The notes under the pieces were generated by a model. It did not search any database, was not told the DNA's origin, and saw nothing but the letters and a program-made list of their open reading frames with translations. The translations under genes and the position numbers were made by a program. This document shows positions 41,563-50,669 of a stretch of 64,000 nucleotides of DNA, one piece after another. Numbering within the stretch: position 1 is the stretch's first letter; every line of letters starts with the position of its first letter. This DNA is from Halarcobacter sp. (GTDB lineage: Bacteria; Campylobacterota; Campylobacteria; Campylobacterales; Arcobacteraceae), in NCBI GenBank assembly GCA_048571215.1, contig CP182352.1:1088001-1152000 (forward strand), read 5' to 3'.

Positions 41563-43751
41563 TAAAAAGATTTACTAAATTAAATAAATTTACTGACACA
41601 ACTTCTAGTACTACAACTATATTATTAGTTTTGTTTGGGATTGCTTTAATTTTTTTATCTTATATATTTTTTCAAGATTATAAAAAAAACCTTATCAAAC
41701 AAAAAATTGATAGTTATAATATAAATGTGGCGTATCTAAATACAAAACTTGATGAGATTATTTTAAACCACAATAAAGCACAAATAAAAAAAGAGATTGA
41801 AAAACTATCTAAAACTTCACTTTTTAGCCTAATAAAATTGGAAAACAATAGATTTATTTTCAATAAAAATAGTTTATTTGAAAACTCAAAAGAGTTTAAA
41901 GATAGAACTTGGAATATTGGTGAAGTTGTAGTTGATATTAGGTTTGGTTCAATAATAAAACTACCAAACAGTTCTTTATATGAGTTTATCCCATCAAATA
42001 ATTATAATATAGACCAAACTATAAAAGTAAGATATCAAGTATATAAAAACTCACAAATAAAAAACATAATCGCAGAGTTTGATTTCTCAAGTATTGATGA
42101 TAAGATAAGAGTAGAAAAAAGTGCAAATGAATTGTCATTGAGTGGTTTTTTAAATACTTTTGAATTAAATAAATCTTATGAGATAAAAAAACAAAAATAT
42201 ACAGTATCAACTGTCACATACAATATCAATTTATATTATATAAATAAGCAGATTCAGGATTTTATGTTTAAAATAATACTTTTTAGTATTTTAATGTATC
42301 TACCAATACTATTTGTTTTAGGTTTTTACCATAAATATCTATTTAATAAATATGTTACAAAATCAATAAATTACTTAAACACTTATATTGATAATATTTT
42401 AGATAATAAATTTTCAATTATGGATAAAACTAAATTTGAGGGTACTCCTGAGATAAAACAGCTTACAAAAAAAGTTTCTAAGCTTTCATCTAAAGTTGCT
42501 TCACTTAGAAATGAACTAAATATAAATAAAGAAACTCTAGAGTTAAAGGCCTCAATAGATACCTTAACAAACCTGCCAAATAAAAATGTATTTGATTTTG
42601 ATATTAAAAGTATGTATGTATCAACAATCTCTGGTTATGTATTTATACTAAAAATTGAAAAACTAACACAAATCAGTGAAAAATACGATTCGGGTTATAT
42701 AAATAGTTTTATTCAAAGTTATGTAAATGTTCTAAAAAATGTGATTTTTAAATACAATAAAGAGATAAAACTATATAGATTTTATGGTTCAAAATTTGCA
42801 ATCATAGCTAGAAACTTTGATATGGAACAAGCTCAAAAGATGTGTGAAGAGATTATCTCAAAGCTTTATGATAATTTAAGTGACATTTACTATCTTCCTG
42901 ACGATTATATCCAAATTGGTGGTACTTTTTTTGATGTTTATGGCTCATTGGATAGTTTATTAAAAAGTACAGATAAGGCATATGAAAGTGCAAGAGCTAA
43001 GGGTGTTAATTCATATCATATAATTGCAGAGGAAGATATCGACAGAAACTATACTAAGTTAGATAATAGTGTTGTAGAAGTTATTGAAAGAGCAGATTTT
43101 GAATTGAAGTTTGTTATGGACTCGTATTTATTTGATGATGAAAATAAATTGATAATGAGTGAAGCCTCACCACAATTATTTGATGAAAATCAAGAAAAAA
43201 TACAAATAGGTTCTTTTATATCAATTGCAGACAAGTTGCATATAGCAGACAAATTTGACAAGTTAGTTATTGTAAAAGTGATTGCTTATATTAGAGGAAA
43301 TGATATACAACATAAAATTGCAATAAATCTATCTATGACTTCTATAAAAAATAGAGACTTTATGGCATGGCTTACTACTGTATTAGAACAAAATCATGAT
43401 ATTATAGATAAAATAGTATTTAGTATAACTTCATATACAGCATATTTGAATAAAGATACTTTTATGAATTTTATTGAAGAGATACATAAAGTTGGTGCAC
43501 AGATTATTTTAAAACGTTATAAAACTACAGAATATCCTTTAGATGAGATACAAAAATTAAATTTAGATTTTATTAGAATGAGTAATGAATATACAGAGAA
43601 TTTTGTAAATGATGTGGTAAAAAAACATAAAGTTAAAAATATCATAATTTTTGCAGAGTTAAATAATATAAAAGTGATAACTGATAGTGTAAAAAATGAT
43701 GCAGATTATGATTTATTGGAAAGACTTGGAACATATGCAACAAGTAGATAG
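41559..43751 (+). CDS. LapD-like membrane protein: TM-periplasmic-TM-HAMP-like-degenerate GGDEF-degenerate EAL
   Basis: DTLTNLPN opens the GGDEF domain but the active site reads YGSKF; EAL site reads EASPQ, with AINLS present and KRYKTTEYP in place of DDFGTGYSS. Confidence 0.82.
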   Translation: MIKRFTKLNKFTDTTSSTTTILLVLFGIALIFLSYIFFQDYKKNLIKQKIDSYNINVAYLNTKLDEIILNHNKAQIKKEIEKLSKTSLFSLIKLENNRFIFNKNSLFENSKEFKDRTWNIGEVVVDIRFGSIIKLPNSSLYEFIPSNNYNIDQTIKVRYQVYKNSQIKNIIAEFDFSSIDDKIRVEKSANELSLSGFLNTFELNKSYEIKKQKYTVSTVTYNINLYYINKQIQDFMFKIILFSILMYLPILFVLGFYHKYLFNKYVTKSINYLNTYIDNILDNKFSIMDKTKFEGTPEIKQLTKKVSKLSSKVASLRNELNINKETLELKASIDTLTNLPNKNVFDFDIKSMYVSTISGYVFILKIEKLTQISEKYDSGYINSFIQSYVNVLKNVIFKYNKEIKLYRFYGSKFAIIARNFDMEQAQKMCEEIISKLYDNLSDIYYLPDDYIQIGGTFFDVYGSLDSLLKSTDKAYESARAKGVNSYHIIAEEDIDRNYTKLDNSVVEVIERADFELKFVMDSYLFDDENKLIMSEASPQLFDENQEKIQIGSFISIADKLHIADKFDKLVIVKVIAYIRGNDIQHKIAINLSMTSIKNRDFMAWLTTVLEQNHDIIDKIVFSITSYTAYLNKDTFMNFIEEIHKVGAQIILKRYKTTEYPLDEIQKLNLDFIRMSNEYTENFVNDVVKKHKVKNIIIFAELNNIKVITDSVKNDADYDLLERLGTYATSR

Positions 43752-43760
43752 GATAGGGTG

Positions 43761-44555
43761 ATGTATAAAATTTTATATTTATTTATTTTAATATTTTTTA
43801 GTGGATGTAGTATTTCAAATAACAATCTAAAAGTTCCAGAAAAAGAAAAATATACCACAGTAAGAGAATATAAAGATATTTCGAAAGATGCAATATTTGA
43901 AGCTGCAAAAAAGGTTTTTATAATCTCAGGTGGTTCAGAGTTTAGAATTGATTCCTATAGAGATAATCTTCAAGTTTCAAAAACAAAACTTACCCATTAC
44001 CCTTTTTATGCTTATACAACAGATGATATTTGGAATATTTCTATAGATGAGAAAGAGAATGTTTCAACAGTAAAAGTAAGCCTAAAAAGAGTAAAAGATT
44101 TTGATAAACAAAATGCAAGCTATTTATCTAAAGATTTACATGAATTATTATTAGATAGAGTAGATTTTCTTTTAGGTTTAAAAGATAGTTGGCCTTGGTG
44201 TATTGGCTACTTTACCTTTGATGATGCCTTGTGTGATGTTATAGATTTGCATCTATATACAAGACCTACTAAAGAAGACAAAGTAAAAGATATTTTGATT
44301 TCACAAAGAAAACCAAGTCAATCTATACCTGATATAGATAAGGATATTTTAAATGATGATATAGTATTGTCTTTAGAAGATGGTGATACAGATATTCTTA
44401 ATGGCAATGTAGCAGATAAAAAAGAAGAAAAAAGTAAAGAACCAACGGCAGAAGATGATGCTTTAGATAAAAGAATTTTAGAATTAAATGATAAAGTTAA
44501 CTCAAATGTTAAAGAGATGTTAGATAAAAATGAGGAAAAGATAAAAGATGAGTAG
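43761..44555 (+). CDS. Putative lipoprotein, function unknown
   Basis: MYKILYLFILIFFSG-C lipobox; acidic low-complexity C-terminus. Confidence 0.75.
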   Translation: MYKILYLFILIFFSGCSISNNNLKVPEKEKYTTVREYKDISKDAIFEAAKKVFIISGGSEFRIDSYRDNLQVSKTKLTHYPFYAYTTDDIWNISIDEKENVSTVKVSLKRVKDFDKQNASYLSKDLHELLLDRVDFLLGLKDSWPWCIGYFTFDDALCDVIDLHLYTRPTKEDKVKDILISQRKPSQSIPDIDKDILNDDIVLSLEDGDTDILNGNVADKKEEKSKEPTAEDDALDKRILELNDKVNSNVKEMLDKNEEKIKDE

Positions 44556-45486
44556 AGTATTTTTATTAGTATGTTTAATTTTTTTTTCACTTAATGCAAC
44601 ACAGCTTGATGAAGCAATAAAGAATATAAAAAATAAAAAATACTCTTTGGCATTAGAACAATTAAATACTCTTGCTTTAGATGAAAACCCTTTAGCTCAA
44701 TATAACCTTGGACTACTGAACTACAAAGGTTTAGGAACTGAACAAAATAAAAGCTTGGCTTTTTTTTGGTATGAATTAGCTGCAAAAAATGGAAATAAAC
44801 AAGCACAAAACAATTTAGCTCATATGTATTATATGGGGGAAGTTGTAGAAAAAGATTTAGCAAAAGCAAAATACTGGTATGAAAAATCTGCAAAACAAGG
44901 TTATGCTTTGGCACAACTAAATCTTGGGATGATTTATGAGCGTAATCCAACAAAAGAAAACTTAAAAAAAGCCTTTGATATGTATAAAAAAGCTTCATTG
45001 CAAGGGGTTATAATAGCTCAAAATAATCTAGCTTCTATGTATTATTATGGCAAAGGTGTAAAAAAAGATAAAGTAAAAGCTTTATATTGGTATAAAACTT
45101 CTGCAAATGCTGATGATAGTATTGCTCAATATAATCTAGGAATAATGCACCTAATAGGTGATACTGCTAAAAAAGACCCTGAAAAAGCTATCTCCTTACT
45201 TGAAAAATCTGCACAACAAGGTTATAAAAATGCTATGCTAAAATTGGCAGATTTATATAGAGAAGGTAATGTAGTATCACAAAACTATAAAAGAGCCTTA
45301 GAGTTATATGAAAAAACGGCAAAAAATTATAATAATACAAAAGCAATGTATTATGTAGGTCTTTTTAATTTTCATGGATATGGTACTGTAAAAAATATGT
45401 CACAAGCTAAATATTGGATAAAAAGGGCAGCATTACTAGGTCATGAAAGATCAAAAAACTTTTTATCAACACATAATTTTTACTAA
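44548..45486 (+). CDS. Secreted Sel1-like repeat protein
   Basis: Signal peptide and about seven AQYNLG..Y..G.G....D...A..WY..AA repeats. Confidence 0.92.
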   Translation: MSRVFLLVCLIFFSLNATQLDEAIKNIKNKKYSLALEQLNTLALDENPLAQYNLGLLNYKGLGTEQNKSLAFFWYELAAKNGNKQAQNNLAHMYYMGEVVEKDLAKAKYWYEKSAKQGYALAQLNLGMIYERNPTKENLKKAFDMYKKASLQGVIIAQNNLASMYYYGKGVKKDKVKALYWYKTSANADDSIAQYNLGIMHLIGDTAKKDPEKAISLLEKSAQQGYKNAMLKLADLYREGNVVSQNYKRALELYEKTAKNYNNTKAMYYVGLFNFHGYGTVKNMSQAKYWIKRAALLGHERSKNFLSTHNFY

Positions 45487-45525
45487 AATCAGATTTATAT
45501 ACTATATATTGACAAAATTGTTAAA

Positions 45526-45559
45526 TTTAAGAGTAAATCAATTAAGTTTTAATTATAAT
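45526..45559 (+). promoter_or_regulatory. Probable sigma70 promoter for the tRNA
   Basis: TATAAT at 45554-45559, 14 bp before the tRNA, with an AT-rich upstream tract containing TTTAAG. Confidence 0.45.
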
Positions 45560-45573
45560 TTCAATCTCACAAT

Positions 45574-45649
45574 GACCCTATCGTCTAGTGGCCAAGGACG
45601 ACAGGATTTCCTCCTGTAAACGGATGTTCGAATCATCCTGGGGTCGCCA
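45574..45649 (+). tRNA. tRNA-Glu (TTC)
   Basis: GACCCTA/TGGGGTC acceptor stem, GTCT/GGAC D-arm, ACAGG-ATTTCCT-CCTGT anticodon arm, GGATG-TTCGAAT-CATCC T-arm, encoded CCA; 76 nt. Confidence 0.92.
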
Positions 45650-45730
45650 TCTATTTTATGATATTTGTAGAAGTTTTTAAGGTTTGTTATTTTAAACTTT
45701 CCAACTGGAATATGAAATATGTTTTAATAT

Positions 45731-46185
45731 TGATCCGGCTACAATAATTCATATTTAGAGTTTTTAAAAATCATAAGTTAAAATATAAAGTATGAAAGAA
45801 GTAGAGAAAATGAGAAATAGTAAATATACTAAAGAATTCAGAGATGGGGCAGTTAAATTTGTTTTTGAGAGTGATAAAACAGCAGTATAAATTGCTAAAT
45901 ATCTTGGTTAAGTAAAAAAACTTTTTACAACTGGATTAAAGTTTAAAAAAAGAACATAATATCTAAGCCAGTATCAATGAATCAAAATTCAATAAACAAA
46001 CCACTCAAGAAGACATGACTTAAGAACTAAACGATTAAGAACAGAGAATAAGTTATTAAAGTAAGAGAGGGATATTTTAAAAAAGGCAACCACATATTTT
46101 GCGATAGAAACCCTGTAAGTATGCATGGATTAAAAAGCATAAAATGAGTTTCATATTACACACTCATGTGTAAAATATTTTGAGT
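45731..46185 (+). mobile_element. Degraded IS3-family element (left end, broken orfA, start of orfB)
   Basis: Begins TGATCCGGCT (IS3-like TG end). ATG 45810 gives MRNSKYTKEFRDGAVK..*..; then TFYNWI, ERDILKKATTYFA and KYAWIKKH. Several stops and frameshifts; no DDE core. Confidence 0.8.
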
Positions 46186-46274
46186 ATGATATAGGGTTGA
46201 CAGATTATTTTTAAATAGGCATAATTACTAGCTTAATCCTGCTCTAAATATTGAAGGTTACATACTGTATTACA

Positions 46275-46433
46275 TGGATTAATAGTTCTGAAGTACTTAT
46301 TGAACAAAAACATATAAAAGATTATGAATATATGGTAAAATTATTTTGATTATTTACTACAGTTTTTTAAAGATGAAAGATATATAAGAATTGAAAACAA
46401 ACCGGTACTATGTATTTATCGAATATATGGATG
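46275..46433 (+). pseudogene. Fragment of a WbsX-like (GH99-like) glycosyltransferase
   Basis: W..SEVLIEQK, then in a shifted frame YFDYLLQFFKDERYIRIENKPVLCIYR*, matching the WbsX FxDxRYIxIxxKPVxxIYR motif. Confidence 0.65.
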
Positions 46434-46675
46434 AATATATTGATTTTTTTATTAACGAAGCTATAACAAATGGATTTGATGAAATTTAAAAATGATAAAT
46501 TAATTATGATATATAAGTTAAATGAATTAGAAGATAAACAATTAGATGTTACTTTAAAATTTGATAAATCTATCGTCAAAGCATTAGATATCAAAAATAA
46601 ACTCTTAAATAGAAAACTTGAATATTCATCTGTTTTAGTTTCTTGTGATATTTTTACTAAAGACGAAATGGAAAC

Positions 46676-47419
46676 ATGCTTGATAAACAAATAAAAATAT
46701 CAATTATTACAATAGTCTTAAATGATAAACAAAATATCGAAGAAACTATACAGTCAGTTGTATCTCAAAATATTGAAATAGAGTATATCGTCATAGATGG
46801 TGCTTCAACTGATGGCACTTTGGATGTGTTACAAAAGCACAAAGATAAAATAGACACTATAATTAGTGAAAAAGATAGCGGTATTTATAAGGCAATGAAT
46901 AAAGCTATTGATATGGCAAATGGTGAGTGGATTTGTTTTATGAATAGTGGAGATATGTTTTATGATTCAAAAGTTTTAAAAAATATATTGCCAAAAATTG
47001 ATGATAGTGTAGATATAGTCTATGGAGATCAAGAAGTAAGATATGCTTCAAAAAAAAAGATAGTTAAAGCTAATATGAGTATCCAAGATATATGGAAGGG
47101 AATGATATTTTCACACCAAAGCTGTTTTGTAAAAAAAGATATTTTACAACAATATAAATTTAATGAATCAAACCGTATAACAGCTGATTACGAGCTTTTT
47201 TATACTCTTTATATAGCAAAGAAAAAATTTAGCTATGAACCGATGATAATAGCAAGTGTAAGTACTGGTGGAGTTTCTGATATAAAAAGAATTGATAGCA
47301 TTGTAAGTAGATGGAAGATAGTCGATAAAAGTTTTGGTGCAAATATCTACTATCTAAAACTAATAATAGGTGAACTGGTAAAACTACCTATCAAGAAAAT
47401 TTTAGGAATAGGTAAATGA
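46676..47419 (+). CDS. GT2 glycosyltransferase (WcaE-like)
   Basis: ISIITIVLN, IVIDGASTDGT, EKDSGIYKAMNKAI, FMNSGD. Confidence 0.92.
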   Translation: MLDKQIKISIITIVLNDKQNIEETIQSVVSQNIEIEYIVIDGASTDGTLDVLQKHKDKIDTIISEKDSGIYKAMNKAIDMANGEWICFMNSGDMFYDSKVLKNILPKIDDSVDIVYGDQEVRYASKKKIVKANMSIQDIWKGMIFSHQSCFVKKDILQQYKFNESNRITADYELFYTLYIAKKKFSYEPMIIASVSTGGVSDIKRIDSIVSRWKIVDKSFGANIYYLKLIIGELVKLPIKKILGIGK

Positions 47420-47420
47420 T

Positions 47421-48488
47421 ATGAAAATCGTTTATGACAATATTATATACTCTTTACAAAAAGCTGGTGGGATATCTGCTTATTGGAAAGGATTGAGTTC
47501 AAGACTTAAAAACTCTGGTATAGATATAATATTTTATGGCTACCCTAATGACAATATTTTTATGTCATATTTGGATGTTGATTTTAAAAAAGAGTCATCT
47601 ATAAACTATAAAATAAATCGATACCTAGACTTTCAACAAAAGCTTCCTAAAGGCTCTATTTTTCATAGTAGCTACTATCGTATTGCAAATCAAAAAGATG
47701 TTGTGAATATAACTACAGTACATGATTTTACTTATGAGTACTATAGAAGTGACTTAGCAAGACTTATTCATTCTTGGCAGAAATCTCGGGCTATCAATAA
47801 AAGTGATGGAATCATTTGTATATCTGAAAATACAAAAAAAGATCTTTTAAAGTTTTATCCAAATATAAAAGAAGAAAAAATAGAAGTGATTTACAATGGG
47901 GTAGATGATACATTTTGTCAACTTAAAGATCCATCTCAATATTTGAAAATTAGGTACCCTGTACTTTACAATAAAAAATATATCCTTTATGTTGGAAATA
48001 GAAATAGCTACAAAAATTTTGATATTGCGGTTAAAGTTGTAGAACAGATACATAACTGCGTTTTGGTTATTGTTGGAGGAGGAGATATATCTGATAAGGA
48101 AAAAAAGTTATTACAAAAAGAATATTTCCATTACCAAGGTATAAATGCAAAAGATTTAAATATTTTATATAACAATGCATTCTGTCTTTTATACCCATCT
48201 AGTTATGAAGGTTTTGGGATACCAATAGTAGAAGTTATGAGTGCAGGATGTCCTGTAATAAGTACTAATACTTCTTCCATACCAGAAGTTGCTGGTGATG
48301 CTGGATTATTGGTAGATAAAATAGAAGTTGAAGAGTTTATTCGACTCATATTAAAACTAGAAAATAAAAACTATAGAGATGAAATAATCAAAAAAGGGTT
48401 AAATCAAGCAAAAAAGTTTAGCTGGGATAAGTGTTTTGAAGAAACACTTGAATTTTATAAAAAAGTAGTAGGTAAAAAGTTTTCATGA
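47421..48488 (+). CDS. GT4 glycosyltransferase
   Basis: TTVHDF, VIYNGVD, YPSSYEGFGIPIVEVMSAGCPV. Confidence 0.92.
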   Translation: MKIVYDNIIYSLQKAGGISAYWKGLSSRLKNSGIDIIFYGYPNDNIFMSYLDVDFKKESSINYKINRYLDFQQKLPKGSIFHSSYYRIANQKDVVNITTVHDFTYEYYRSDLARLIHSWQKSRAINKSDGIICISENTKKDLLKFYPNIKEEKIEVIYNGVDDTFCQLKDPSQYLKIRYPVLYNKKYILYVGNRNSYKNFDIAVKVVEQIHNCVLVIVGGGDISDKEKKLLQKEYFHYQGINAKDLNILYNNAFCLLYPSSYEGFGIPIVEVMSAGCPVISTNTSSIPEVAGDAGLLVDKIEVEEFIRLILKLENKNYRDEIIKKGLNQAKKFSWDKCFEETLEFYKKVVGKKFS

Positions 48489-48697
48489 AAATTCCAATAA
48501 TAACAGTTGTTTTAAATGGTGCCAAGACTATCAGAGGAACCATAGAATCTGTATTGAGCCAAACATATGACAATATTGAATATATTGTTATTGATGAAGA
48601 AAGTATAGATGATACCATGGATATAATTAATGAATATCAAAACAAGATTAGTAAGAGTTGGAAAGAGAAAAAATTGAATGGAGTATATTTTAGGTGA
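48485..48697 (+). pseudogene. Truncated GT2 glycosyltransferase (N-terminal ~57 aa only)
   Basis: IITVVLNGAKTIRGTIESVLSQTYDNIEYIVIDEESIDDT, then unrelated sequence. Confidence 0.8.
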
Positions 48698-49725
48698 AAA
48701 ATATTGTAAAAGTGGTTTTAATAAATATGTGTATTTTTTTCTCAATAATTGGGTTTATTGTTTTATCTCCAATAATAATTTATAAAGGATATAAAAGTTT
48801 AAAAGATTTAATTATACAAGAGAAAACAAATGACAGTTTTTATAAAGAATATAAAAAAGTAAAACAAAAATATCATGATTTTGTAACTTATAAGGATGAA
48901 GAATTTCAAGGTAAAATTATAAATATTGATAAAAATGGGAATAGATTTACTCATGTATCTAAAAATTTTATTGATAATGATTCTAAGTACATATTTTTTG
49001 GAGGATCAATTATTTGGGGGTATGGAGAAAGTGATGAAAAAACTATTCCCTCAATTTATTCTCAAAAAAATAGAGTTTATACTGAAAATTTTGCAGTGAG
49101 TGGATATACTTCAAGACAATCACTAGCAAAATTAATTAACTATTATGTTAAAAACCCAATTTCAACAAAAAAAAGGATAATAATTTTTACTGATGGGGCC
49201 CTTGATTATTATATGAATTGTAGGGATGATGATATGACATTAAAAACAGGGTATAGTGAAAAAATAGTAAATATGTTAAATACAAAAAATCCATTGAGCT
49301 TTGAAATATTATCAAGTCCTAGTTTAGCTTTTTTTAAAGAATTAAAAAATAGATTAGAGAATAAAGAAGAAATATCTTTAAGAAAAGTTTGTTCTAAAGA
49401 AAAGATTAAATTTATTACAACATCTATATTAAGAGTTTGGAGTATTGCAAATCAACTTGCAAAAGCACATGGAGATGAGTTTATAGCAGTGCTTCCACCT
49501 TCAATATTAGATAAAGAAGATAATACTGAAGATTATAAAAAAGAGTATAAAGAATTAAGAAAAAATATTAAAAATTATACAGATATTAACTTTATTGATT
49601 TAAGTAAAATTTTTACAGATAATAAAAATGCATATTTAGATAGTATGCATTATTCATTTGAAGGAAAAAAGATATATGTTAAAGAATTAACAAAAGAAAT
49701 AAAAAAATTGGAAAAAAATAAATGA
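48694..49725 (+). CDS. Membrane-anchored SGNH/GDSL-like protein
   Basis: N-terminal TM, FFGGSIIWGYG (block I-like), NFAVSGY, C-terminal DSMH (DxxH). Confidence 0.7.
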   Translation: MKNIVKVVLINMCIFFSIIGFIVLSPIIIYKGYKSLKDLIIQEKTNDSFYKEYKKVKQKYHDFVTYKDEEFQGKIINIDKNGNRFTHVSKNFIDNDSKYIFFGGSIIWGYGESDEKTIPSIYSQKNRVYTENFAVSGYTSRQSLAKLINYYVKNPISTKKRIIIFTDGALDYYMNCRDDDMTLKTGYSEKIVNMLNTKNPLSFEILSSPSLAFFKELKNRLENKEEISLRKVCSKEKIKFITTSILRVWSIANQLAKAHGDEFIAVLPPSILDKEDNTEDYKKEYKELRKNIKNYTDINFIDLSKIFTDNKNAYLDSMHYSFEGKKIYVKELTKEIKKLEKNK

Positions 49726-50666
49726 AAAATATTTTTATAAATAGTATTATTTTTATTATATCTTTTATTATTATGTTATTTATAATAGAAGGTGTATTAA
49801 GAATTAAAAACTTAGATATGCGTAATTATAATATCGAAATGTGGAAATATACAAAAGAATTAAAAGTTAAAAGTGAGAATCCAAAACTTGGTTTTTATCA
49901 TAAACCATCAAGTGAAGCAATTCTTCAATCTGTAAAAATCCGTACAAATAGCTTTGGATTAAGAGGTAGAGAGATTTCAAAAGAAAGAAGTGTAAATAGA
50001 AGAGTTCTTTTTTTAGGTAGTTCTGCTACACTTGGATGGGGGGTTAAAGAAGAAAATACTATGATTTCACTTTTAAATAAGAGAATGGGTAGTGATGTAG
50101 AAGTTTTAAATGCAGGAGTTGGAAACTATAATAGTGTACGATATATTGAATTATTTTTCACAAAATTAAAAGAATTACATCCTACAGATATTGTTATACA
50201 TTTCTTTTTAAATGATGCAGAAGAACTCCATGTTCCTAAATCAAATTGGTTTTTACAAAATAGTCAATTAGCAGTTGTTACTTGGAACTTAATAAATAAG
50301 TTTGGTAATAATGGTACATTAATAGATTATTATAATAAAATATATGATGAAAATTATATAGGATATATCAATATGAATAATGCATTAGATAAATTAATTA
50401 AATATTGTGAAAAAAAAGATATTAGATTATATTTTACATTAATGCCAGATTTACATTATTTAAATAATACTGAGTTAGTACCATATTATAAAAAAGTAAC
50501 TAATTTAGTAAATAATAAAGGGATTAAATTTTTAGATTTAGGAGCTAAATTTAATAATAATGTAGAGGTAACAAAATATTGGGTTATGCCAAATGATGCA
50601 CATCCAAACGAATTAGCGCATAAAATTATGGCTGATCAAATTTATCCTTTTTTGCGCTTAAAATAA
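49722..50666 (+). CDS. Membrane-anchored SGNH/GDSL hydrolase or acyltransferase
   Basis: FLGSSATLGWGV, LNAGVGNY, FLNDA, DAHPNELAH. Confidence 0.82.
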   Translation: MKNIFINSIIFIISFIIMLFIIEGVLRIKNLDMRNYNIEMWKYTKELKVKSENPKLGFYHKPSSEAILQSVKIRTNSFGLRGREISKERSVNRRVLFLGSSATLGWGVKEENTMISLLNKRMGSDVEVLNAGVGNYNSVRYIELFFTKLKELHPTDIVIHFFLNDAEELHVPKSNWFLQNSQLAVVTWNLINKFGNNGTLIDYYNKIYDENYIGYINMNNALDKLIKYCEKKDIRLYFTLMPDLHYLNNTELVPYYKKVTNLVNNKGIKFLDLGAKFNNNVEVTKYWVMPNDAHPNELAHKIMADQIYPFLRLK

Positions 50667-50669
50667 AAA

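Noticed and set aside
41559..43751. Active diguanylate cyclase or phosphodiesterase
   Set aside because: Both catalytic motifs are degenerate.
45509..45514. TTGACA as the -35 of the tRNA promoter
   Set aside because: It lies 39 bp from the TATAAT, far outside sigma70 spacing.
46367..46694. ORFs 46470-46694 (+) and 46367-46690 (-) as real genes
   Set aside because: No recognisable motif; they lie in the decayed zone after the WbsX fragment.
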